Shown: one piece after another, positions 1 to 8,700 of the stretch
How positions within the stretch are numbered: the stretch's first letter is position 1
Layout of the letters: the number at the start of each line of letters is the position of its first letter
IMG/VR virus record: IMGVR_UViG_3300028384_000422
Coordinates: 1-64,000 of that record
DNA: 64,000 nt
Strand: one strand, 5' to 3'
Source of the DNA: a virus
Notes under the pieces: generated by a model
The model's database searches: none
The model's input: only the letters and a program-made list of their open reading frames with translations
Told to the model about the DNA's origin: nothing
Position numbers and translations under genes: made by a program

Positions 1-329
1 CCGCACTTGGGTTTAGTTGTTTGTCCTGGTTGCTTGGCACAGGGTTTTCCTGCATATTTGCCGCCCAGTTGAACCCAACCAGGCTTGCCATCAGAAGACT
101 TACTCTTGCCAAACCAGTCACGCAGAGAAGAATCACCACTTTTGTTTTCTTCTTTAAAACCATCACCAGACTTCCATGTTTTACGTTTCACTTGTTTTTT
201 CTGTGCGAGTTTATTAGCGGTGGCGTACATGACTTCCTTATCTCTGTCGCCATAAAGCTCCTTAAAGCGATGATGATTTTTCTTCATCCCTTTAACGATT
301 CTATCTGCTTCCTGATTAACTGTTGGCAT
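1..329 (-). CDS. Hypothetical basic protein downstream of gp16, truncated by the window edge
   Basis: Hand translation from ATG at 329: MPTVNQEADRIVKGMKKNHHRFKELYGDRDKEVMYATANKLA...SLRDWFGKSKSSDGKPGWVQLGGKYAGKPCAKQPGQTTKPKC, open to base 1. Not in the ORF track. Confidence 0.75.
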   Translation of the reverse strand, partial: MPTVNQEADRIVKGMKKNHHRFKELYGDRDKEVMYATANKLAQKKQVKRKTWKSGDGFKEENKSGDSSLRDWFGKSKSSDGKPGWVQLGGKYAGKPCAKQPGQTTKPKC

Positions 330-330
330 A

Positions 331-680
331 TCAACCCGATACTTGCACTTCGTTGATATACATGGTCATGCCATTTGTGGTATCACCCTGTGCCTGAATC
401 TTAATACTATTTCTAGCAAATGCAGTGCCAGTAAATGCAGCAAGTGCAGATGCATCAGCATCAATAGTAATAGCACCAGTTACAGGATTAACAGCAGTGA
501 CTTCTTTATGGGAGAAGTTGTAACCAGAAACAGCAGCACCAGAGATGGTTACATAATCACCAACAACAATATTAGTTTGACGCTGAGTGTCATCCAGAGA
601 TAATACACAAGGATTAGCAGCAGTTGCACCTGCAATCTTTGCTGCAAATCCTGCACGGGGACGGTTACATTCGATGACAT
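331..680 (-). pseudogene. Small virion-type protein gene, frameshifted near 645-657
   Basis: ATG at 680 (MSSNVTVPVQD) follows a late promoter but stops after 43 codons. A second frame (AAKIAGATAANPCVLSLDD...MYINEVQVSG) runs to TGA at 331 with no ATG/GTG/TTG start near its 5' end. The 350-nt span is not a multiple of 3. Confidence 0.6.
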
Positions 681-689
681 GATACTTGG

Positions 690-1118
690 TTATACTTCTT
701 CTGTATTATTTATCTCTTTTTGCTTCTTTAACATTTTTTGTAGGTCCGCTGTACTGCCAATAAACATCGTGTTATTAACAGTAGACGGGCCAGACTTCTT
801 TTCTTCAGCATCTAACTCCTTCATTTTCTTTTGTAAGTCAATGAGTTTGTCGGCAGTATCTGCTACGTTTTTAATAAGTTGACCTGCAACTTCATAAGCA
901 CGAGGATGATCTGACGCTCGTGCCACATCAAGTATTCCATCTACTGCCTCCTGTCCTTTCATTACTAAGTTGTGAAGTTGAGCACGACTAATCTCATAGT
1001 CTTGCTTGACATCTTCTGTCTCAGACTTCTTTAAAGTTGGTTTTACATTATCAACGTGCTTCTGGAGTTCAGAAGGTTCTGTTCCAAAAGCATCATTCAG
1101 ACCATCAAAAGTTCCCAT
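690..1118 (-). CDS. gp16: Terminase small subunit (T4 gp16-like)
   Basis: 142 aa with DYEISRAQL, HPRAYEVAGQLIK and NNTMFIGSTADL motifs; directly downstream of gp15. Confidence 0.93.
   Translation of the reverse strand: MGTFDGLNDAFGTEPSELQKHVDNVKPTLKKSETEDVKQDYEISRAQLHNLVMKGQEAVDGILDVARASDHPRAYEVAGQLIKNVADTADKLIDLQKKMKELDAEEKKSGPSTVNNTMFIGSTADLQKMLKKQKEINNTEEV
707..713 (-). promoter_or_regulatory. T4-like late promoter (ATAAATA)
   Basis: ATAAATA in the 3' end of gp16, 26 nt upstream of the ATG at 680. Confidence 0.6.
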
Positions 1119-2149
1119 TAAATTGCCTCGTCTTGTCCAGTTACAGGATTACGTTTCTTCATGTCAGTAAACTCTGCCTTGAGTTCACCGAAACCAAAGT
1201 CATCTTCAGAATCAAGGAATGCAGCGTCAAGTTCATTGACTAAGTACACATTTGATCCATTGACGTGTGCTGCTGCAACACTATCTTCATGACCCCTAGC
1301 TACTGTCAGATTATTACCACTTATCTTAGTAACTCTAATGAGTTCTGTATCGATGTAGATACTATCAAATCTGCTGATACTAGAGGCATCTGCAACAGCG
1401 ATTAGGTTATCATCAGTATCAGTTGCAGAAGTCAACGTAGTTACAACTACACCATCTCTATCTTGCAGAGCAGTGGGTGTAACTGTATAGCGAACTTCTC
1501 TTGGTGCTTTGTTGACATCTACACTCGTATACATGTCTGTAATCGCTTTCTTGATAGTTGCAGACTCACTAACAGGACCGTAGAGATATGTTTTTACAGT
1601 AAAATCTAATGTATAAATGATTGCTCTACGTTGAGCAAAGTCACCTTCATAACTATCTTCATAGTCAATACTGTTTAAAACAATAGGAACGTCCTTTGTT
1701 TCATTCATCGAAGGAAGCAATTTGACTGATAGATTGTAATGCGGTTGAAAGATAGGAAGAATCTGTTCAATAATTTGTAACCCATCTTCCTGATTTTTAG
1801 AGATAACACCTACTTCAAAAGTAAGATTATAAGGAACAGGCATGAATACATTCTTATTCTTAGTGCTGCTACTTGATACTTTAATTTTTTGCGTAGGTGA
1901 AACTTTTCTAGATCCATCATAACTAATACCTTTGATCTCAAAAGAGATTCTAGGAAGAGTAATCTGAACCCTCTTATTAGTAGGGTCCGACATTTGGTCG
2001 AGACGCGCCAGGAACTTTTGCTTAGGACCGTATGCCAGAGGCACCTTCATTACTTCATCTTGACGACGAAGTTCGATATTGTTGAATAAAGTTCCAAATG
2101 CAACAATAGTCTTTCTAAAAATTTCGTGATATGAATAATTGCCTAACAT
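1118..2149 (-). CDS. gp15: Tail sheath stabilizer/terminator (T4 gp15-like) with an extra C-terminal domain
   Basis: YHEIFRKTIVAFGTLFNNI, KVPLAYGPKQKF, LPRISFE, PVPYNL and QIIEQILPIFQP motifs; synteny 13-14-15-16. Confidence 0.93.
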   Translation of the reverse strand: MLGNYSYHEIFRKTIVAFGTLFNNIELRRQDEVMKVPLAYGPKQKFLARLDQMSDPTNKRVQITLPRISFEIKGISYDGSRKVSPTQKIKVSSSSTKNKNVFMPVPYNLTFEVGVISKNQEDGLQIIEQILPIFQPHYNLSVKLLPSMNETKDVPIVLNSIDYEDSYEGDFAQRRAIIYTLDFTVKTYLYGPVSESATIKKAITDMYTSVDVNKAPREVRYTVTPTALQDRDGVVVTTLTSATDTDDNLIAVADASSISRFDSIYIDTELIRVTKISGNNLTVARGHEDSVAAAHVNGSNVYLVNELDAAFLDSEDDFGFGELKAEFTDMKKRNPVTGQDEAI

Positions 2150-3069
2150 TAGATTGTTCCATCAGTAATAGATCCAACAGTACCGAAAGGATTAGTCTCG
2201 GTGAAATCAATAATATCGTTATCGAGAGTCTCGAAATCGTAATTCTGATCGTATTCACTGTTTTGGTTATTTATCGTATTATACGACGCAGTAGTCCAGG
2301 ATGCAGAAGAACTTCCACCAGTAAGAGTCTCAGGAATTGTAAATGTTCCCGAACGATTAATAACGATAAGAGTTCTTGTAGAACTATCCCAAGACTTAAC
2401 TTCGGCAGTGACATTTGAAGTTCCACCAGTAACGGTTTCACCAGCAGTAAAGTCTCCTGTGCCACCTGCTACGAGACCGACAGTAATCGCATTAGCAAAG
2501 GCAGTCTCAACAGCATCCAGTTCTGTAATACCAGTGTTGATTTCTTCGTCGCTGTACTCGAAGAGTTCGCATTGACATTCCCAAACAAAATTCTTACCCA
2601 GTTGATAGAAGGGACGCTCTACTTCTACAAACTTAATTTCAAACAAATGCTTTGTGATAGGGAACCAAATTAGATCTCCTTCGTTTGGTCTTCCTTCTGC
2701 ATTAAGTGTTTCAAGGTCGTCAACTTGTGCTTTAAACTTCTCACGGGAGAAAATAAACGTTGTCTTATCTTCGACGCGAATTCCAAACTTGCTAAGAAGC
2801 TCGCCTTGTCCTTCCCATCCTTCAACATTATTGACATATGCCCTGATTGCCCTCGCGCTTTCAAATTTGCCATCAGAGTCCTCTCCGAAGACCGTATCGC
2901 GGTTGACCAGCGTGCGAGGAACGTAGTAAATATCTTGCCCATACATTTCAATAGATTCTACGACAAGGTTTTCCATGAACTTCTGCTCCTGAGAAGAAGC
3001 ATTTGCGTTCAATAAACTAGAGTGATTACTAAAAACGTAATCTTGTGCTGGAGAGTTTTGAAATGCCAT
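2149..3069 (-). CDS. gp14: Neck protein (T4 gp14-like)
   Basis: ESIEMYGQDIYYVPR, LSKFG, RPNEGDLIWFP, LFEIKFVE, PFYQLGK, DFTETNPFG. Confidence 0.93.
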   Translation of the reverse strand: MAFQNSPAQDYVFSNHSSLLNANASSQEQKFMENLVVESIEMYGQDIYYVPRTLVNRDTVFGEDSDGKFESARAIRAYVNNVEGWEGQGELLSKFGIRVEDKTTFIFSREKFKAQVDDLETLNAEGRPNEGDLIWFPITKHLFEIKFVEVERPFYQLGKNFVWECQCELFEYSDEEINTGITELDAVETAFANAITVGLVAGGTGDFTAGETVTGGTSNVTAEVKSWDSSTRTLIVINRSGTFTIPETLTGGSSSASWTTASYNTINNQNSEYDQNYDFETLDNDIIDFTETNPFGTVGSITDGTI

Positions 3070-3070
3070 A

Positions 3071-3877
3071 TTAGCCTACCAGATCCATAGGAGGGATTTC
3101 GTAAGTAGAACGAACTTGTTCTTCAAGGTCTTGCTTAAATTTAGACGCATCATCTAAGATTTTGCGACCATTAAGTGTGACGCCACCCAACATTTGAATA
3201 CCATCATACTTACTTAGGTTGCGACCCCATTGCTGTTGAAACAATGCTTCAACATAGTCCTTCAACCAGGAATCGTTATACATTCCTGTATATGTATCAG
3301 GATCTTGACGCATCACAACTTCAACTAAAATAAAATCACCCGCTTGTAAATCTGCCCAATCCATATCAAGATAAAGTCTACTCTGATGCTCATTGAATCG
3401 GACCCTGCGATTCGCTTGAGAGTTGGTAACAAAATCCAAAGTCTCAAGGTACTGAGAAGTCATGAAGTAATGAAGGATATGTCCATGCGTCATTGCATAG
3501 ATATCATTCAAAAAGATTTGATATTTAATATTAAAAATATTCCCAGGAACGATGCTAGAAGCACCAATCTGAGTATAAACATGATTAACAGAGAGGACGT
3601 TTGGCGGGAGTGATACATACTCATTACCTTCTGTCCAATCCGTGCCAGTGATAGCGGATCCTGTCTGAGCTGCAGTTTTAATTGCATCCGTTACCTCAAT
3701 TTTAATGAATGCTTTGTAACTACCGTTGTAGTGATACTCTTGATAGTAATCAATAGCTTCTTCAATCAGATCATCTAGTTGCTCAGTAGCAACGTTGATG
3801 TCAATCGTAGGATATCCTAAACGACGAAGAGCATAATCTCTTAGTTCGGTTTTAGTTGCGGGTCTAGTTGCTGACAT
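3071..3877 (-). CDS. gp13: Neck protein (T4 gp13-like)
   Basis: ELRDYALRRLGYPTIDINV, WLKDY, QWGRNLSKYDGIQMLGGVTLNG. Confidence 0.93.
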   Translation of the reverse strand: MSATRPATKTELRDYALRRLGYPTIDINVATEQLDDLIEEAIDYYQEYHYNGSYKAFIKIEVTDAIKTAAQTGSAITGTDWTEGNEYVSLPPNVLSVNHVYTQIGASSIVPGNIFNIKYQIFLNDIYAMTHGHILHYFMTSQYLETLDFVTNSQANRRVRFNEHQSRLYLDMDWADLQAGDFILVEVVMRQDPDTYTGMYNDSWLKDYVEALFQQQWGRNLSKYDGIQMLGGVTLNGRKILDDASKFKQDLEEQVRSTYEIPPMDLVG

Positions 3878-3883
3878 TTGTTA

Positions 3884-5164
3884 TCAAGCGAATGAGGAAA
3901 TAGTGAGAGTTGTAACATCATTTGCACTGACGACTTCTCCAACTTTGAAGAATCCATCAACGTTATCAACAGTGATCTGGTTAGTTCCCAGAGCAGTAAT
4001 AATACCAGTTGTGCCACTAGTAGCACCAGTGACAATTGCACCGACTTCCATCGTAGTGATGTCAGTCATGGACAAGGTTGCATTAGTAGCGACAGTCGCG
4101 ATATCAACTGTACCGCCTGAACCGCCTGCCTGAACAACCGTAATTGTTTCACCAGCAACATATCCAGTGCCGCCATCATTGATGGTGACGTTGGTGATTG
4201 CACCAGCAGAAGCTGTGATATCAACAATCAGAGAGGCAGATCCAGATCCACCAGTCGTTGCCAGAGCAGTCCCTGTAACATAGTTAGAACCGCCTGTAAG
4301 GGTCGCCAAGTTGAAGGAGAGGACCTTACCAGCATTAGGGTTGGTAATTGTTACAGTATCAGAAATAAGATAATCAGAACCACCAGCATTAACTGCAGCA
4401 GCAGTAATCACTCCACCAACAACAGTGGTATCAACTGTCAGAGAAGAACCAGTGCCACCAGAGGTAGCAACAGCAGTTCCAGCAGTGAATCCACCACCAC
4501 CACCATTATCAACACCAACTGTAACAACTGCACCAGGTGTAGGATCACCATCAAGTGCCAGAGTTAAAGTGGTAGTAGTTGCAAGGTTGTTGAGCATTGC
4601 CTGAAGTTGAGCAAATGCATCGTCAAGTTTTGTCTGAACTCTTGCCTCTGTATAATAAAGGTTGTTGCCTTCAGACAGATTTGTTGTAGATGCAGCAGCA
4701 ATCTTGGTATCAAAAGATGCCTCGGCGCGAGCATCAGTATAATAAACGTTAGTAGAACCTTCACTCAGATTATCAGTAGTTGCAGCGGCAATCTTAGTAT
4801 CGAAAGATGCCTCAGCACGAGCATCTGTGTAATAGAGATTTGTAGAACCTTCAGACAATGCATCGGTATCAGCAGCAGCGATACGAGCATCAGCACGAGC
4901 ATCTGTGTAATACAGATTAGCAACACCTTCAGTTACATCATCAGTAGTCTTAGCACTAAAACTTGAATCGAAACGTGCTTCGGTGTAGAAGATATTAGTG
5001 CTACCCTCAGTGACATTATCAGTATTGATATCTACCTGAGTGACGCTTAATTGACCTGCACCAGACAATTCAATACCAGTGCCATATGTGAAGTGTGTAC
5101 GAGTCCTTGCAGCGGTTGTAAAGAGGTTTGTAGATCCTTCAGTTACATTATCAGTATCAATGTC
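3884..5164 (-). CDS. Long fibre protein, distal segment (frame continues from a break at ~5165)
   Basis: Frame is open from 5164 (DIDTDNVTEGSTNLFTT...) to the stop at 3884. The track ORF 3884..5068 uses an internal TTG. Contains TD-x-L-x-EG-x-NLYYT repeats like the upstream segment. Confidence 0.7.
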   Translation of the reverse strand, partial: DIDTDNVTEGSTNLFTTAARTRTHFTYGTGIELSGAGQLSVTQVDINTDNVTEGSTNIFYTEARFDSSFSAKTTDDVTEGVANLYYTDARADARIAAADTDALSEGSTNLYYTDARAEASFDTKIAAATTDNLSEGSTNVYYTDARAEASFDTKIAAASTTNLSEGNNLYYTEARVQTKLDDAFAQLQAMLNNLATTTTLTLALDGDPTPGAVVTVGVDNGGGGGFTAGTAVATSGGTGSSLTVDTTVVGGVITAAAVNAGGSDYLISDTVTITNPNAGKVLSFNLATLTGGSNYVTGTALATTGGSGSASLIVDITASAGAITNVTINDGGTGYVAGETITVVQAGGSGGTVDIATVATNATLSMTDITTMEVGAIVTGATSGTTGIITALGTNQITVDNVDGFFKVGEVVSANDVTTLTISSFA

Positions 5165-5200
5165 TGTTTGTGCCCTCAGTCAGATCTGTAGTGGAGTGAT
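4630..5200 (-). repeat. Coding tandem repeat, 26-30 aa unit (TDxLSEGSTNLYYTDARA...), about 7 copies
   Basis: Visible in translation; near-identical DNA copies around 4690-4870. Confidence 0.85.
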
Positions 5201-5765
5201 TTGCAATGCTGGAAACTTCACCAGTTACATCACCAATAACACCACCATTTGCAGTGATTGCACCAGTGAATGTGGAGGTTCCAGTTACTGCCAGAGTGCT
5301 GGACAGAGTAGTTGCACCAGTAACTCCAAGTGTGGAACTTAGAGTTGCAGCACCAGTTACGCCAAGTGTATCGGATAGAGTAGTTGCACCAGTAACTCCA
5401 AGAGTGTTGCTCAGAGTTGTAGCACCCGTTACGCCTAAAGTGCTACCGAAAGTTACAGCACCATCGACATTTAGTGTGCTTGCGGTATCTACAGCACCAG
5501 TTGTGCCATCTACAGTAAAGTTATTTGTGTCAACTGCAATGCCACCATTGGCATTCAGAAGACCCGTGAGGGTAGTTACACCAGTTACACCCAAAGTGCC
5601 GCTTGCTGTAAGCGATGTTACACTGACTGCACCAGCAGAGAAACCGCCGCTACCGTCACGAAGGACGAGGTTATTTGCAGCGTTTGTTGCAGAAGATGCA
5701 ACGTTGATTGTAGTATTACCAGCAATACCATCAGCATTGGTTAGTGTAATACCAGAAGATGCGGT
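5157..5765 (-). CDS. Long fibre protein, middle segment (between breaks at ~5766 and ~5165)
   Basis: TASSGITLTNADGIAG...LVLRDGSGGFSAG...HSTTDLTEGTN. Shares LVxRDxxGxFSA and NxFTVDxxxG repeats with the 1473-aa ORF. Confidence 0.7.
   Translation of the reverse strand, partial: TASSGITLTNADGIAGNTTINVASSATNAANNLVLRDGSGGFSAGAVSVTSLTASGTLGVTGVTTLTGLLNANGGIAVDTNNFTVDGTTGAVDTASTLNVDGAVTFGSTLGVTGATTLSNTLGVTGATTLSDTLGVTGAATLSSTLGVTGATTLSSTLAVTGTSTFTGAITANGGVIGDVTGEVSSIANHSTTDLTEGTNRH
5270..5450 (-). repeat. 36-bp (12-aa) coding tandem repeat TLGVTGATTLS(S/N/D), about 5 copies
   Basis: STLGVTGATTLS NTLGVTGATTLS DTLGVTGAATLS STLGVTGATTLS STLAVTGTSTFT. Confidence 0.9.
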
Positions 5766-8700
5766 GAGTTCTGACCATGTAACCAGTGCCAGATTGTGCT
5801 GCAAGTGCAGTAATATCCGCATCATCATATGTGGTAGTGATGGTTACTGCCTGAGATCCATCGAAGGAAACATTGCCGTTGACAACACCATCAATGGTGA
5901 TAACTCTTGCAGTCTTAAGGATATCTGCACTCGAAGCATTACCCAAGAAACCTGCAGCAGCACCTACACCACTAGCAGCAGTGATTTGATTAGCAGAGAA
6001 GTCACCGCTAGAGTCACGAGCAACAACAGTAGTCGGTGTCGCAGCAGAAGCGGTTGTCATGCTGTCCAGAAGGTCAGCATTCAAATTATTAATTTTGGTG
6101 GTAGTAGGAATGACCAGTGCTGCACCAGATGTAACTTGAGAAACAATCTGACCATCAACAGTCAGGGTGCCATCAATGTTGGCATTGGCATCAACATCAA
6201 GAGATGTGCCAGACCCAGTAAGATTAAGAGAACCAGCACGAAGAGCGCCATCTGTACCAGCAAGAACTTCAGAGTTGTTAGTTGCATCAGTTACGAACGC
6301 GAATTGGTTGGCGGATCTGTCGTATCCGAAGAAGCCAATTTTAGCAGAGCCGTCATAATAACGGAATTCAACACCGCGATCCTTACCATCGTTAGACGCG
6401 GGTGCTGTGTCACCACCCACAGTAATAATAGGGTCATCGAGAGTTGTGACCGTGCTATTGACAGTAGTGGTTGTGCCATTAACAGTAAGGTTTCCAGTAA
6501 CAGTAAAATTAGATTCGGCAGTTACGTCACCACCAACATCCAGGGTTCCACGAATATCTGTGTTGCCATTATCAGTATCAACAGTGAACTTATCAACAGC
6601 ACTGTTGGTCTGAATCTTGAACATCTTATTGTCGGCGTTAATGGTAACGTTGTCATGTGTTACCAAAGCGCCAGAGATGTCAGCAGAATTATTGAGATCT
6701 AAAGCACCCGTCAGTTCGGTAGAACCATAGATTCTCGCATCACCACTAACGGCAAGATTCTTACCAATACCAGCACCACCAGTCAGACGGAATGCACCAT
6801 CTGCAGCATAGTTACCAGTCAGAGTTTGCTGAGTATTTCTTGTAAATGTAACAACATCAGAGACGCCCAAAGTATCATTGATCTGAGTTGCATCACCAAC
6901 AGTCAGTGTGCCAATGATATTCGTATTACCATTGTCTGCATCAACACCAAACTTCTCAACAGCAGATCCATTTCTAATCGAGAAAATCTCGTTAGCAGCA
7001 TCAACAATCAGAGAATCGTTGATAGTTGTCTGACCTTGGACAACCAGTGTGCCGTCAGTTGCAACGTTACCAGATGCAGAAGCAACGGTAAACTTGTCTG
7101 TGCTACCGCTTCTAACTGCAAAGTTAGCATCGACATCAACCGTGCCATTAAACTCAGAGTTACCTTGGACCAGAAGTGTCTGATCGAATGTAACAGCATT
7201 GCTAACATCTAAGGTGTTGGTGATTTCAGTTGCACCGTTAACATCCAGAGTGCCTTGAATATCTGTATTACCAGTTACATTATCAACAAAGAATTTGTCG
7301 GTTGTACCGTTTCTGACAGCGAAGTCTGCATCAACATCAACTGTGCCGTTGAACTCTGAGTTACCAGCAACATCGAGTGTGCCTTGAATATCGGTGTTAC
7401 CAGATGCACCCAGAACGGAGAACTTAATGGTATCGCCAGAATATCTCTTACCAACAAACAGACCTTCGCCAGAACCTGTGCCACCAACGTGCAGAGTTCT
7501 TTCAATACCAGCACCACCATGTGCTCTGATAGTTGTAGTATTATGAGATGCATAAGAAGGAGTTGCCTGATAAGAGTCACCGAAACGACCTCTGTATCTG
7601 ACACGCAACCAGTTCAGTCTCGATTCTGCCTCTGTCGCACTATCTTTAACTTCAATAGCACCGTTGACGTGTAGTGTTCCATCAATCAGAGCATCACCAG
7701 CGGCGTAGAAACCACCGTCAAGTCTAAAAGCACCGTAGTCGTTAGATTGAATCTCCCAAACACCAGTGCCAGCATTCTTAGCAACTGTGATGTCATTAGT
7801 GCTTTCAAGATGAACGTCACCAGAAACATTCAAAGTGTTGTTGAGATCCAGAGCACCTGTAAGAGTTGTATCACTAGTAACTCCAAGAGTACCAGCAACG
7901 GTTGTATTACCAGAAGCAGCAACAACGTTGAACTTATTTGTATTAACGTTGAAATTGCCAGTTACATCGAGAATACCAGCGAGAGATCCGTTACCAGTTG
8001 TAGATTGAAACTCGACCTTAGTAGTTCCAGAACCATTGTTCAGTTGTAAAGTCTTGGATGCACCCTGCAGAACGATGTTATCGTCAAAGCGAGAAGTGCT
8101 GTTAGCACGGAATGTGCCATCAACATCCAAAAGACCACCAATGTTTACATCTTGACCAATACCAGCACCACCAGCAACTACTAAGTCGCCAGTTGTATTA
8201 GAAGTGGAGTTAGTATTAGTTGTAAGTTTTACATTACCAGCAATAATACCAGAATCAGTACCAGTAAAGACTTCGGAATTATTTGTAGCAGCATGAAGGA
8301 AACGATAACCGCCTTCATGACCACCCAAATCAGTATAGTTAGTATCCCAACCATAGAAACCTAAGCGTGCTTGAGAATCATAATAACGGAACTCAATACC
8401 ACGATCGAGGTTGTCATCAGATCCAGGAGCAGTATCACCACCGAGAAGGATAGTAACATCATCAACACTCAGTTCAGTTGAATTAACTGTAGTAGTTGTG
8501 CCATCAATCTGAAGGTTACCAAAGATACGAACCAACCCAGTAGCAGCACGGTCATCGCCAGGGTCAATATTCAATTGACCAGTAGAGGCAAGATAGTTTG
8601 ATTGAATTCTTAATTCTTCAATATGAACCTTGCCATTTGCATCTGTAGTATCAATATCAACAACATCTTCTGCACTAATCGTAACAGTGCTTGTGCCAGA

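Noticed and set aside
5150-5790. Programmed ribosomal frameshifting or hopping in the fibre gene
   Set aside because: No slippery heptamer at either junction, and the internal repeat shows sequence is missing rather than extra.
5206-6702. 498-aa plus-strand ORF
   Set aside because: Antisense shadow of the repetitive Thr/Gly/Val fibre codons (VVAPVTP mirrors TGATT); no RBS or promoter.
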